Below are positions 31,694-41,984 of a stretch of 64,000 nucleotides of DNA, piece by piece (the first letter of the stretch is position 1; every line of letters starts with the position of its first letter). The DNA comes from an uncultured Thermoleophilia bacterium (lineage in GTDB: Bacteria; Actinomycetota; Thermoleophilia; Gaiellales; Gaiellaceae): assembly GCA_963736945.1 (NCBI GenBank), contig CAVTQW010000009.1, positions 199,201 to 263,200 on the forward strand, in the 5' to 3' direction. Both the position numbers and the translations under genes were made by a program. The notes under the pieces were generated by a model, which was not told the DNA's origin, did no database searches, and worked only from the letters and a program-made list of their open reading frames with translations.

Positions 31694-33259
31694 CTACGTG
31701 CACTGGAGCTGGGTGAGGTCGAACTGCACGAACTGGATCGAGGGGACGTAACCGCTGCAGTTCGAGCGCTGTGCGGCGACCACGCGTTGGAACGCCGGGA
31801 TGATCGCGCCGCCCTGCACGGTCAGCATCCTCCCGGCCTGCTTGTAGAGAGCGCTCCGGGCCCTCGGGTTAACGGTCGTGTTCGCCTTCCGGATCAACGC
31901 GTCGTAGCCCGGCACCTTCCAGTGCGTCTCCGGGTACGGCGCGTTCCGCAGGTAGGCGATCGACAGGGCCAGTCCTGCCGGGCGGGCCGACCAGGCCGAG
32001 ACCTGGAACGGGTGCTTCAGCCAGACGTTGTCCCAGTATTCAGTGGCGGGGCCAGTGATCACGTTGACCTGGATGCCGGCCTTCGCCGCCTGCTGCTTGT
32101 ACAGCTGCACCATGTTGACGATGCCCGGGATCATGTCCGCCGTGTAGATGTCGACCTTGAGCGGATTCGATTCGTTGTAGCCGGCCGACGCGAGCAGCTT
32201 GACGGCGCCCGCGATGTCCGGGCCGGGAACCGTTTTCCGCCAGGCGTCGGGCGACGTCGGCGGTACCGGGTTGTCGTCGCCGACGACACCGAAGCCGAGC
32301 AGGACGGTCGCCACCATCTGCTTGCGGTCGATCACCTTCTTCATGGCCTGCCGGACGGCGACCTTGTCGAACGGAGCAGTGTCCGTCCACATCGGCATGA
32401 CCATCGACGTCGAGGGGCCCGTTGCGGTCAGCTTGACCGCCGAGCTCTTCTTCAGCGCCGGCACGATCTCGTACGCGACCTGCTGGGAGAAGTTCACCTG
32501 GCCGGTCTGCAACGCGGCCAGCATCGAGTTCGCCTCCTGGATCACGTAGAGCTGCAGGCAGGGTGCCTTGGGAAGGCCCTGCCGCCAGTACGCGGGGTTC
32601 CGCGTGAACGTGTGCACCTGTTGCACCGGCTTGAAGTCGACCGGGATGAAGGGGCCCGTGCCCGCGCCTTTCGTCCGCAGCGTTGCGGTGGTGGCACCGT
32701 TCTGGACGATGAAGGTGTTCTTGTTCGTGATGAGGAGCGGCAGCTCGGCCACCGGCTTGGCGGTCACAAACTTCACCGCGTACGTGCCGGCCGGCTGGAT
32801 CCCGCTCGGCTTGAGGAAGGTCATCTGCGACGCGCCCTCCGAGCCTGTCTTCGGGTCGAGCACGCGTCGGAAGGTGTAGACGACGTCCGCCGACGTGAGG
32901 GGCTTGCCGTCCCAGAACTTCACGTCCTTGCGCAGCTGGAACGTCCAGACCCGACCGTTCGCGCTGGGCTTCCACGACGTCGCGAGGGACGGCAGCACTT
33001 TCCAGTTGTCGTCCACGGTGGTGAGCCTGTCGTAGCTTGCGCTGACATTGAGCGAGTTCTGGCTCGAGGGCTGCTGCGCCGGATCCATCGAGTTCTTGTT
33101 GCTGCTCGACTCGACGCCTGCGTACTTGACGCAGTTGGTCGTCTGCGCGACCGTGGTGGCGGCGGCGGGGGCCGACTGTGCCGTGTGTGCCAGACCGCCG
33201 ACCGCGGCCATCGTGACAAGGGTCACCAGCGGAAGGACGACCCTTAGTAGCTTGTTCAT
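31694..33259 (-). CDS. Peptide/nickel ABC substrate-binding protein (family 5)
   Basis: Signal peptide; PSLATSW, WTFQLRKDVKFWDGKPLTSADV, GTGPF, PFDKVAVRQAM. Confidence 0.92.
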   Translation of the reverse strand: MNKLLRVVLPLVTLVTMAAVGGLAHTAQSAPAAATTVAQTTNCVKYAGVESSSNKNSMDPAQQPSSQNSLNVSASYDRLTTVDDNWKVLPSLATSWKPSANGRVWTFQLRKDVKFWDGKPLTSADVVYTFRRVLDPKTGSEGASQMTFLKPSGIQPAGTYAVKFVTAKPVAELPLLITNKNTFIVQNGATTATLRTKGAGTGPFIPVDFKPVQQVHTFTRNPAYWRQGLPKAPCLQLYVIQEANSMLAALQTGQVNFSQQVAYEIVPALKKSSAVKLTATGPSTSMVMPMWTDTAPFDKVAVRQAMKKVIDRKQMVATVLLGFGVVGDDNPVPPTSPDAWRKTVPGPDIAGAVKLLASAGYNESNPLKVDIYTADMIPGIVNMVQLYKQQAAKAGIQVNVITGPATEYWDNVWLKHPFQVSAWSARPAGLALSIAYLRNAPYPETHWKVPGYDALIRKANTTVNPRARSALYKQAGRMLTVQGGAIIPAFQRVVAAQRSNCSGYVPSIQFVQFDLTQLQCT

Positions 33260-33989
33260 TCGCCTTCAGTCCTTTCGAGGAGGAGTGTTCCGCCGGGGCG
33301 CCACGGGCCAGGCCTGTGCGAAGCCGGGCTGGCGGTCACGACCGTTGTCTGACTATCGGAATTGTGTTCCAATGCTCGGCGCGAATCTTCTCGCGCCGAG
33401 CGAGCGGCGTCAACCCGCCGATACGGAGCTCGTCGGCGCCGACCGCGTGCTCGCCGTCCTCTGACGCGACCGGACTCTCGTCATTGCGCTGCTCTATGGC
33501 AGTGAGTCGGATTGGCTTCGCAATCTGCGGGCCGGGGGTGGGCGGGTGATCCGAGCCGGACGCACCTTCACTGGTTGCGCTGTCGAGCGGGGCGGATCGC
33601 AGGGTCGCGTGTGCGGGAAATGGTGTCAGCCCCGCCGACCCGAGCCTGCGCCGTCCAAGCCGTGCCTGATGGATCGGCGCAGGTCCCGCTCTTACGCTTG
33701 CCGTCGGCGGCGTAGGGGTCGGGCGGGCGGCGAGCGGAGATCGTCGATCTCTGGCGCAGGTGAGCGTTCGGCCGCCGAGAGCGCACCAACCCGCCGTGAG
33801 GCCACCGAGGTTCGTGCCGTCAGCGCCACCGGTGGTCGCCGACGGGACGCTGAAAACGCGACACCACGTTGTAGAGCGCCTCAGGGTTCTGCTTCCTAGA
33901 CGCGCCTCTCTGCCAGTCGTCAACTGCTGACGGTCGTGGAGAGCTGCTCGCGGCGCTCTCCGGCTAACCGAGGATGAGTAGGAGGGCGA

Positions 33990-34024
33990 CCAGCGTGGAT
34001 CCAGTGAGTCTCCAGCATCGCCAA
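33990..34024 (+). promoter_or_regulatory. 11-bp phased CCAG direct repeats, candidate SARP-binding site
   Basis: ccag at 33990, 34001 and 34012, upstream of secreted protein A. Confidence 0.45.
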
Positions 34025-34077
34025 CGACCCTTGGAGGTGTGGCGGCGACGAGCGCCGCCCTCGCTAGAGGAGGAGAG

Positions 34078-34560
34078 ATGCATCAAAAGCTCAGTCTGGT
34101 TGCTGCCATGGCCACACTCGCGGTGTTCTTGAGTGTTGGCGCTGCGCTCGCAGCGGGGACGACGCAAGTCTCCGGTGTGCAACAGCCGACGGCGACGCCC
34201 GGCGTCTACACGATGACCGGGTCACTGATCGGCATCTGGACGACAACTTCGATCGCGGCCAAGGTGATCACTCCATCCGGCGTTATCAACGGAAGCGGGA
34301 CGGAGCGGTTCGATGGCTGCCTCGATGCCGACCGGAATGGCGCCTGCAGCGTCGGCGACCCCACCGGCCAGCTGTTCTTCAGCTTCACGTACTCGACCAA
34401 GTACGACATGTCTACCTGGGCCGAAATCCACGGCCGCTGCCACCACCCGATCAGCAGCGGCAGCGGCGACTTCGCGGGGGCAACCGGGTCGCTCGACTTC
34501 CACGATGACCCCGTCACCGGCTGCGCGGCCTACCACGGCCAGATCTCGCTCGCGAGCTGA
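34078..34560 (+). CDS. Secreted beta-barrel protein A (AOC/dirigent/DUF3224-like, uncertain)
   Basis: Strong RBS gaggaggag, signal peptide, clear homology to 35947..36522. Confidence 0.8.
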   Translation: MHQKLSLVAAMATLAVFLSVGAALAAGTTQVSGVQQPTATPGVYTMTGSLIGIWTTTSIAAKVITPSGVINGSGTERFDGCLDADRNGACSVGDPTGQLFFSFTYSTKYDMSTWAEIHGRCHHPISSGSGDFAGATGSLDFHDDPVTGCAAYHGQISLAS

Positions 34561-34570
34561 GGACCCTGTA

Positions 34571-34602
34571 CCCAGGGCTGGCTGCGTCACGCCAGCCCTG
34601 GG
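34571..34602 (+). terminator. Stem-loop terminator
   Basis: cccagggctggc / gccagccctggg just after the stop at 34560. Confidence 0.65.
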
Positions 34603-35133
34603 CGTCCCACCGGCGTCGGCTGTCGCCGGCGCCGAGATCGGCGCCGGCCACTCCGCCGGACATATCACTGGAAAGACACCCACACACGGGGTCATTCGGG
34701 AATCGAGTCACACGCGAAGAGCACGGCGCCACCCTGGCAACAGCCCCAGACGGGACTCTCACACACTCACAGTTCCGGAATGTCAACCCGGAGAGAGACT
34801 CCTACTCGTCTGGATCGTCGGGCCATGCATACCGCTTCCACTCCGCGTCAACGGCTGAACGTTCCGCCGCCCAGCCGAGCGGAAGATCGGCAACTAGGCG
34901 AAGCACGGGGCGGTCGTCGAACACGTGCTCGGCCTGAACGGCGACGCCATCGTGCCCCATCGACCAAGCCCCCGTCGAGGAACTGCGGGCCTCCGTCCTC
35001 CTGTGCAGGACGAGCAAGATCGGCAACTCGTCTCGGTAGACCGAGCCACTGAGGGTAAGCCGTAGCCACCGCGCGAGGCAATCACTCTTGATGCCAACCC
35101 GTCACTGCAATATCGGCTGTCGAGCTGGAGGTG

Positions 35134-35772
35134 TGGTGGTGGCGAGGGCGCGGAGGTTGTACACGGCTGTGGAGCGTCGTGAGTTGTGGGAGCGGTGGAA
35201 GCGGGGAGAGTCGGTCAGTGATATTGGTCGGGCGCTCGATCGAGCGCCGAGCACGGTTCATGGCGCGATTTTTGAGCGGGGAGGCGTGCCCCCGCGGGAG
35301 CGGCGACGCAGCGCGTGAGCGCAGCGGTCTCGCGTCCGATGAGCTCGCTCGGGGCGAGCGGCAACCCAGGCGTGCGCGACGGCCACAGGAGTGCAAGCTC
35401 GCCCGCAATCGCGTCTTGGCCGGTGTGGTCGCGACGAAGCTCGAGCGGACTGGTCGCCGCACCAGATCGCCGGCTGGCTGAAGCGTGAGTATCCCGAGGA
35501 CGAGACTATGCGGGTGTCGCACGAGACGATCTACTCTGTCGTGCAGGCACGCGGCGCCTTGAAGCGCGAGCTCGTCGTGCACCGACGCCGGACGCGCTCG
35601 ATCCGCCGGCCGCGCGCCGCCAAGCGCGGTCACACCGGCCAGGGTCAGATCGTCGACGCCGTCTCTATCCGTGAACGGCCCGCTGAGGCGGAAGACCGCG
35701 CCGTCCCCGGCCACTGGGAGGGCGACCTGCTCGCCGGCGCCGCCAACAGCCACATCGCGACTCTCGTCGGGA
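35134..35772 (+). mobile_element. IS30-family transposase remnant (frameshifted, truncated)
   Basis: ERWKRGESVSDIGRALDRAPSTV, WSPHQIAGWL, RVSHETIY, PGHWEGDL. Confidence 0.85.
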
Positions 35773-35946
35773 TCACGAAGACGATCAGCAAGATCCATGG
35801 CGCTGTGCTGAACGCAAGAACCATGTTCGCCGCCGCAAGCACGGGCGCGAGCTACAGCAGCGGCCGGTCGCACACGCGAAGAACGCGGGCGAGGCGACTG
35901 CAGCAAGTCGTCCCGCCCGCGCCATCGGGCCTGGTGCCCGAAGTCG

Positions 35947-36522
35947 TCAGTGCCCGCAGGTCCTCGCCCCGGCGACGCTTGCGAGCGAGCGATTCCCCGC
36001 GGTCGAGGAGACCGACGCGGTCGTCGCGCCCGGGAAGAGAAGCGAACCGGCGTAGGTCGTCTTCACTTCCTTGCCGGCCGGCCGGTCGACCATGTGGATG
36101 ATCCCCTTCACGTTCTTGAAGCCGCCCGTGCCGCCGGCCACGGGGTGCACGCACTCGCCGCGGATGAGAGCCTGGGTCTTCGGGTTGTAGTTCGCCCAGT
36201 AGACGAACGTGAAGCGCAGCGTGCCCGTGGGCTCTCCCGCATCGCATGTCCCGTTGGCGTCGGCGTCGTGACAGCCCCTGAAGATCTCCCTACCGCTGCC
36301 GACGAACTCGCCGTCGGAGCCCTGGTAATTGATCTTGAACGCGGTCGTGTTCCACTTCCCGATCAGGCTGCCGTGCATCTCGAACTTGCCCTTTGCCTCG
36401 TTGATCACGGTCTGCGTGCCCTTGACCTTCACGGGTGCCGGGGCGCCGACGGCGGCGCCCGCGACGACGAGCGCTGCGACGATGCAGGCGCCGATCGCGA
36501 GGTGGATCCGTGTTCCGGTCAT
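35947..36522 (-). CDS. Secreted beta-barrel protein B, paralog of protein A
   Basis: RBS aaggaggag, signal peptide; shared GSLIGxW, GCxDADxNGxC and GxCxHP motifs. Confidence 0.8.
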   Translation of the reverse strand: MTGTRIHLAIGACIVAALVVAGAAVGAPAPVKVKGTQTVINEAKGKFEMHGSLIGKWNTTAFKINYQGSDGEFVGSGREIFRGCHDADANGTCDAGEPTGTLRFTFVYWANYNPKTQALIRGECVHPVAGGTGGFKNVKGIIHMVDRPAGKEVKTTYAGSLLFPGATTASVSSTAGNRSLASVAGARTCGH

Positions 36523-36581
36523 CGTGCTCCTCCTTGTCGAGTGGCCGTTCGCCGCGGTCGAGCAGCACTCTCGGCGAGGGC

Positions 36582-36622
36582 GCTTGAGGACCACTGAGCA
36601 CTCGCTGGAGGCGGGGCTGGAC
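36582..36622 (-). promoter_or_regulatory. Phased CCAG/TCAG/CAAG repeats between protein B and the SARP gene
   Basis: Minus strand tccagccccgcc tccagcgagtg ctcagtggtcc tcaag, spacing 12/11/11. Confidence 0.45.
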
Positions 36623-36651
36623 GCGGCTCACGCTCCTGTTAGCGTCCTCGC

Positions 36652-38232
36652 ATGAGCCTCGAGTACCGGCTCCTCGGCCCGCTCGACGCGCTCGTGGACG
36701 GACTGCCCGCACAGCTCGGGCCGCCGCGCCAGCGCGTCCTCCTCGCGGCGCTCCTCTGCGAGGCGAACGCGCTCGTCCCCACCGCCCGGCTCGTCGACCA
36801 GCTCTGGCCCACCGACCCGCCGTCGTCGGCGGAGAACCTGGTGCAGGGCTACGTCTCCGGGCTGCGCAAGGTGCTCGGAAAGGAGGCGATCGAGACGCGC
36901 GGGACGGGCTACGTTGCCCGCGTCGCGCAGAACGCGCTCGACCTGCAGGTGTTCGAACGGCTCGCTCACGAAGGCAGCGTCGCGCTCGAAAACGGCCAGA
37001 GCGAGGCAGCCGCGGCCGTGCTCGCCGAGGCTCTCGGCCTCTGGCGCGGGCCCGCGCTCTCGGACCTCGGCCGCGAGTCCTTCGTGGTCGCCACCGCCGC
37101 ACGCCTCGAAGAGCTCCGGCTCCTCGCGCTCGAGCGCCGTCTCGCGGCGGACATCGCGATCGGACACCACGCCGACGTGATCGGAGAGATCGAGACGGTC
37201 GCCGCCGAGCATCCGCTACGCGAGCGTACGTGGGGGCTGCTGATGATGGCCTTGTACCGGTCCGGCCGACAGGCGGAAGCACTCGACGCCTACCGCCGCG
37301 CCCGCGCCACGCTCGTGGAGGAGATCGGGATCGAGCCGGGCGCCGGGCTGCGCGAGCTGGAGGCCGCGATGCTGCGGCAGGACCGCTCCCTGGACATTGC
37401 CCCCCGCGCCGAGCCCGAGAGCCTGCAGCTCCGCTCGATTCTTGTGGCCGCTCTCGCCGCGGACGCGGTCGGGGGTCTCGTGGACCTCGCGCTACCGCTT
37501 GCCCGGCGACCCGAGCGCGAGCTGGTCGTCGTCACGACGGTCGCTTCGGTCGAGGAGCTGGGCCCGGTCGGTGAGATACTGAGCGCCCAGCGCGTCCGTG
37601 GAGGCACTGACGGCGTCGAGATCCGCACAGCCGTCTTCCTCTCGTTGACACCGGGGGTCGACCTGGGGCGGCTCGCGGCCGAGCAGGATGTCGATCTGCT
37701 GCTTGCGGACGCGCCCGACGGGTTGCTGGAGGACGCACGCGTGCTGGCGCTCCTCGAGCAGGCGCCGTGCGACGTCGGCGTCGTAGTTGGAACTGCGCTC
37801 CGAGACGGCCCTGTTCTCGTCCCCTTCGCGGGTGCCGTGCACGACTGGGCGGCCGTCGAGCTCGGAGCCTGGCTCGCACGCAACGAGGCAACGGAGCTCC
37901 GGCTCGCGGGCGCAGCTACCGGCCCCTCCGGCTCGGGCGCGGGACGGCTGCTTGCGAACGCTTCGATCGCGGTACAGCGCGCCCTCGGCGTCCCCGCTGA
38001 GCCGCTGCTCGTCGAGCCGGAGGCGGAGGCGCTCGTCGAGGCGGCCGCCGGGGCGCGCATCGTCGTCGTCGGCCTCACCGATCGTTGGCGCCACGAAGGC
38101 CTCGGACGGGCGCGCACGGCGCTCGCCACCCGTGCCGACGGGGCGACGATCCTCGTTCGCAGAGGCGTCCGGCCGGGCGGGCTCGCTCCGCACGGCACCC
38201 AAACCCGCTTCACCTGGACGATCGCCGGCTGA
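36652..38232 (+). CDS. SARP/AfsR-type activator (wHTH + BTAD) with C-terminal USP-like domains
   Basis: YRLLGPL, LVDQLWP, ALGLWRGPAL, HPLRE..LMMALYRSGRQAEAL, GIEPG; LLEQAPCDVGVV and PVLVPFAG are USP-like. Confidence 0.88.
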   Translation: MSLEYRLLGPLDALVDGLPAQLGPPRQRVLLAALLCEANALVPTARLVDQLWPTDPPSSAENLVQGYVSGLRKVLGKEAIETRGTGYVARVAQNALDLQVFERLAHEGSVALENGQSEAAAAVLAEALGLWRGPALSDLGRESFVVATAARLEELRLLALERRLAADIAIGHHADVIGEIETVAAEHPLRERTWGLLMMALYRSGRQAEALDAYRRARATLVEEIGIEPGAGLRELEAAMLRQDRSLDIAPRAEPESLQLRSILVAALAADAVGGLVDLALPLARRPERELVVVTTVASVEELGPVGEILSAQRVRGGTDGVEIRTAVFLSLTPGVDLGRLAAEQDVDLLLADAPDGLLEDARVLALLEQAPCDVGVVVGTALRDGPVLVPFAGAVHDWAAVELGAWLARNEATELRLAGAATGPSGSGAGRLLANASIAVQRALGVPAEPLLVEPEAEALVEAAAGARIVVVGLTDRWRHEGLGRARTALATRADGATILVRRGVRPGGLAPHGTQTRFTWTIAG

Positions 38233-38235
38233 CCG

Positions 38236-39540
38236 CTACCGCGCCCAGGGCGGCGGCTTCGCCTTGACGCACGGCTGGCTGCCGGGCCCAGGTGGCGGCG
38301 CCGCCGAGAGGAGCCCGGCGAAGGTCTGCTCGACGTCGTGCGCAACGGAGAGCGGCCGCGGGACGAGATGGCCGTCCTGCCACCGCATGCGCACGAGCGG
38401 AACGTCGGCGACCGCCTGTCTGTGGGAATCGAGCCGCACGTCACCACGCGGAAGATCGATCCGGAGCTTCGCCAGCGCCTCCCGTAGCCGGACGCGGCCG
38501 CCGGAGAGATCCCCGCCGGTCTCGTCCACGGCGGCGAGCAGGGCGCGAACCGCGTCGCCGTAACCGATCACGAACGACTGGTCGCCGAGGCTCGCAGGCA
38601 GCCCTTTGAACGTCTTCGCATAGCGCTGCCGGTAGCCGGTGAGCTCCCGCGACGGCGTCGTGACGGGCATCAGCGAGGTCGAGACGACCCGGTCGAGACG
38701 ACGGGAGACCGGCTGCAGCACGGTCGGATCCTCGATCAGCGGGCCGTTCAGCAGCAGCTGGCGGTCGGGCTGCTCTAGGCGCTGCAGGACGCCTCGCGTG
38801 ACCTCGAGCGGCGAGTCGAAGCTCGTCAGAAGGAGTGCCACGCCGTCGGGGCGTGAGCGTAACGCCTGAGCCGCCGGGTCATTCATCGGAACCCACGGCG
38901 AGAGGTAGACCTCGTCGGTGATCCTTCCCCCCAGCGAGCAAAACTCGGCGATGAAGGCGGCCGCAGCGCCCCAGCCGGGAGAGGCGTCACCCGCGAGGAT
39001 GCTCGCGCGACGCCAGCCGAGATCGCGGTACGCGTAGGCTCCGAGCCCCGCCATGTGCTGCCCGTAGTCGGTCTCGAAGCGGTAGACGTTGGCCACCGGC
39101 TTCCGCAACGTGACTTCCTGCTCGTCCCAGAACGTCGCCACGAACGGCACGGTCGGGTACAGCCGCGCTACGTCGCGAATCGAAGGGCCGTTGCCACCGA
39201 CGATCGCGTCGACGTGCTCCGTCTCGACCAGCCGACGGGCCTCCTCGAGGAAGACGGCGAACTCGCCGGTCTCGGCACAACCGCGCACGAGCTCGACCTT
39301 GCGACCGCCCGCGGTCGCGTCCGTGACCCCATCCGTCGGAGCCGGGCCGCGGAGGCGAGCGCCGCGTTCGATGAGCGGCAGCTCGACGCCCGACAGCTCC
39401 GCCTCCTCGAACGCGTGGAAGGGGCCCTGGCAATCGGTGAGCACGCCGAGCCGGAACGGCCGATCGTTGCCCACACACCCGGCCGCCAGCATCGCGCAGG
39501 CCGCGACGACGAGCGCCGCTACGAGGCGGCTAGCTCTCAT
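38236..39540 (-). CDS. Branched-chain-amino-acid-type (type I) substrate-binding lipoprotein, no transporter nearby
   Basis: LAAGC lipobox; FRLGVLTDCQGPF, EARRLVETEHVDAIVG, YAYRDLGWRRA. Confidence 0.8.
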   Translation of the reverse strand: MRASRLVAALVVAACAMLAAGCVGNDRPFRLGVLTDCQGPFHAFEEAELSGVELPLIERGARLRGPAPTDGVTDATAGGRKVELVRGCAETGEFAVFLEEARRLVETEHVDAIVGGNGPSIRDVARLYPTVPFVATFWDEQEVTLRKPVANVYRFETDYGQHMAGLGAYAYRDLGWRRASILAGDASPGWGAAAAFIAEFCSLGGRITDEVYLSPWVPMNDPAAQALRSRPDGVALLLTSFDSPLEVTRGVLQRLEQPDRQLLLNGPLIEDPTVLQPVSRRLDRVVSTSLMPVTTPSRELTGYRQRYAKTFKGLPASLGDQSFVIGYGDAVRALLAAVDETGGDLSGGRVRLREALAKLRIDLPRGDVRLDSHRQAVADVPLVRMRWQDGHLVPRPLSVAHDVEQTFAGLLSAAPPPGPGSQPCVKAKPPPWAR

Positions 39541-41383
39541 TCGCCGTCACCCAGACGCGGCCGAGTCCGTAGGTCACCTCGCTGGGTGCGCCCGCGACCG
39601 GGATCGTCTTCACGATGTCGAGCGAGCGCGGATCGATCCTGCTCACCGAGCCGTCGAGCGCGCTCGCAATCCACACGCTCCCGCCTCCGACTGCCACACC
39701 TGCCGCGCCGCGTGGCACATGGATCGTCCGCACGACCTGCCCCGTGCCCGGGTCGAGGCGGGAGAGCACATCGTCGATCGCCCCCGTCACCCATACGCCT
39801 CCCTCCCCCACCGCGATCGAGCGCGGGGCGAACGGGAGCTGCGTCGCGTGCAGGATGCGGCCCGTCCGGAGATCGACCTTGAACACACGGCGGTCGGCAA
39901 CGTCACCCACCACCCACAGCGCGCCCTCCCCGATCGCCATGTCCCGCATCGCGCTCCGGGCCGTCTCGCCCGAGCGCGGCTCCTGGAACGGGACGAAGAC
40001 CGAGCGCTCGATCTTCATCGGCTGCGAACCGGCTGAGACGCGGACGAGGAAGGGACAGCCCGCCACCCAGAGGACTCCACGTCGGGCCGCGACCGAGCAC
40101 GAGAGCACGTCCACCCCGTCCTCGCGAGCGCCCGTGATCGCGTTGTAGCGCGCCACGATGCCCTCGAACGGCGTCTGGCCGTCGCTCGCGACGTAGAGCT
40201 CGTCCCCGGACGCCGCGAGGTCACGCGGCTCGCCGGCCGTCGTGAACCGCTCCACCTCACCGGTGGCGGGATCGATCCTCCAGAGCGATCCGTCCCGCAG
40301 CGACCCAACCCAGACGCGGCTGCGGCTCGTGGTCACCGAGCTCGGATGGGCGGAGACCTTGTACGTCGTCGCGACCCGGTCGCCGACGGGGTCGATCGAG
40401 ACGATCGTGCCGCCCTTCACGGCGGCCGGACCGCCGTCCGAGCGCGCGAGCACCACGGCGCCCACCGCCACGACGATGGCGACGAGGGCGAGGCATCCGG
40501 CCAGTGCGAGCGGCCAACGGCGCGGCGCCTTCGCAGCGGGAACGAGCCCGAGCGCGGCCGTCGCCTCCTCCACGAACCCGGTCGCGGTAGGCTGGCGGAC
40601 CTCGCGCTCCTTCGCCATCGCCCGCCGGAGGACGCAGTCGACCGCGGGCGGCAGCCCCGGCAGCCGCTCGCTCGCGGACGGTGGCTCCTCGTCGAGGTGC
40701 GCGTAGACGATCGCGACCTCCGACACGCCTGTGAACGGGACGGAGCCCGTGAGCGTCTCGAAGAGGAGGCAGCCGAGCGCGTAGACGTCCGCGCGCCCGT
40801 CGACCTCCTCGCCACGGATCTGCTCGGGGGCGACGTAGTCGACCGAGCCCATCAGGCTGCCGTCGGCGGGCTCGCGGTCGGAGGCGCTCTGCGTGAGCCC
40901 GAAATCGGCGAGGTAGACGTGCTCGCGCCCGCCCTGCTGGTCAATGAGGACGTTCGACGGCTTCACGTCGCGGTGGACGAGTCCGAGCGCATGCGCGGCG
41001 TCGAGCGCGGCCGCGACCTGCGCCGCGAGCGCGATCGCCCGCGCCGGATCGAGCGCCCCTTGCCGCCGCAGCAGCGCCTTCAGGTCGGTGCCGTCGACGT
41101 AGCGCATCGAGATGAAGAGGCGCCCGTCCGCCTCGCCCGCCTCATACACCGGAACGACGTTCGGGTGGTCGAGACTCGCGGCAAGCCGCGACTCGCGGAG
41201 CAACCGCTCGCGGAAGCCGGGGTCGTCGGCGAGCCGCCGCAGCAGCACCTTCAAGGCGACGCGCCGCCCGAGGCGCTCATCGCGGGCGCGATACACCTCC
41301 CCCATGCCCCCGCTGCCGATCGGCTCCTCGACGACGTACTCCGCAATGGTCGTCCCGACAGCGACATGCGACTCGACGGGCAA
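39530..41383 (-). CDS. Hanks-type Ser/Thr kinase with TM helix and extracellular beta-propeller
   Basis: IGSGGMGEVY, VALK, HRDVKPSN, DFG, APE; TM; repeated VWV..RIDP blades. Confidence 0.9.
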   Translation of the reverse strand: MPVESHVAVGTTIAEYVVEEPIGSGGMGEVYRARDERLGRRVALKVLLRRLADDPGFRERLLRESRLAASLDHPNVVPVYEAGEADGRLFISMRYVDGTDLKALLRRQGALDPARAIALAAQVAAALDAAHALGLVHRDVKPSNVLIDQQGGREHVYLADFGLTQSASDREPADGSLMGSVDYVAPEQIRGEEVDGRADVYALGCLLFETLTGSVPFTGVSEVAIVYAHLDEEPPSASERLPGLPPAVDCVLRRAMAKEREVRQPTATGFVEEATAALGLVPAAKAPRRWPLALAGCLALVAIVVAVGAVVLARSDGGPAAVKGGTIVSIDPVGDRVATTYKVSAHPSSVTTSRSRVWVGSLRDGSLWRIDPATGEVERFTTAGEPRDLAASGDELYVASDGQTPFEGIVARYNAITGAREDGVDVLSCSVAARRGVLWVAGCPFLVRVSAGSQPMKIERSVFVPFQEPRSGETARSAMRDMAIGEGALWVVGDVADRRVFKVDLRTGRILHATQLPFAPRSIAVGEGGVWVTGAIDDVLSRLDPGTGQVVRTIHVPRGAAGVAVGGGSVWIASALDGSVSRIDPRSLDIVKTIPVAGAPSEVTYGLGRVWVTANES

Positions 41384-41984
41384 ATCCGGCCTCTTTCGTC
41401 TCGACGAGCACACGTTGGCGCAGCACGCTGGACGAATCCTGGAGGGATGGTAGACGCGTTCTCCCGCGGCGGCCACTCGCCCGCGCGTGCCGAAGTGGCG
41501 CAGCAGAATCTTCCTCCGTATCAAGCCTCACCCGCCAGCGAGGGTTGGTGTCTCTAGGCGCCGTCGAACGTCTTGCGGTGGAGGAGGCACGCGTTCGGCC
41601 CGGCGCGAAACTTTGTTCAGCGACGGGATCCGCGTGCTGCTCGAGTGGTGGAACGCAGGCGGGACGGTTCTGGCCCTCGAATCCGAATCGCCGGCCAGCC
41701 TGTCGGTCGCGAAGATCTTAGTCAGGGAATACAGTCCCTCGCGTCCAATCCGGCGTCGTACCGTTCTGACCGTTCCTGAAGTGACACGTCGTGCGGCGGC
41801 CGATGAGATTCTTGAAGCGGTTGGAGCTCGTGCAGGTCGTGGAGGAGCGCGCGGTCGAGCGTCGCCTCGTAGCGTCAGAGCTTCGAAAGGGCGTCGGCGC
41901 CCGAGGCGTCGCGAATGAACGCGCGGCCGAGACGTGCCAGGTCGCTTGAGCGCGCCTCGTCCGCGTCGCGAACGCGCTGCATCC

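Noticed and set aside
31076-33247. Long antisense or alternate-frame ORFs (e.g. 31076..33247, 23504..25858, 50583..52478, 14566..16152)
   Set aside because: Shadow ORFs of real genes caused by high GC and scarce stop codons; Arg/Pro/Gly-rich with no motifs
36652-38232. SARP as marker of an antibiotic biosynthetic cluster
   Set aside because: No PKS, NRPS, RiPP or tailoring cluster in the window
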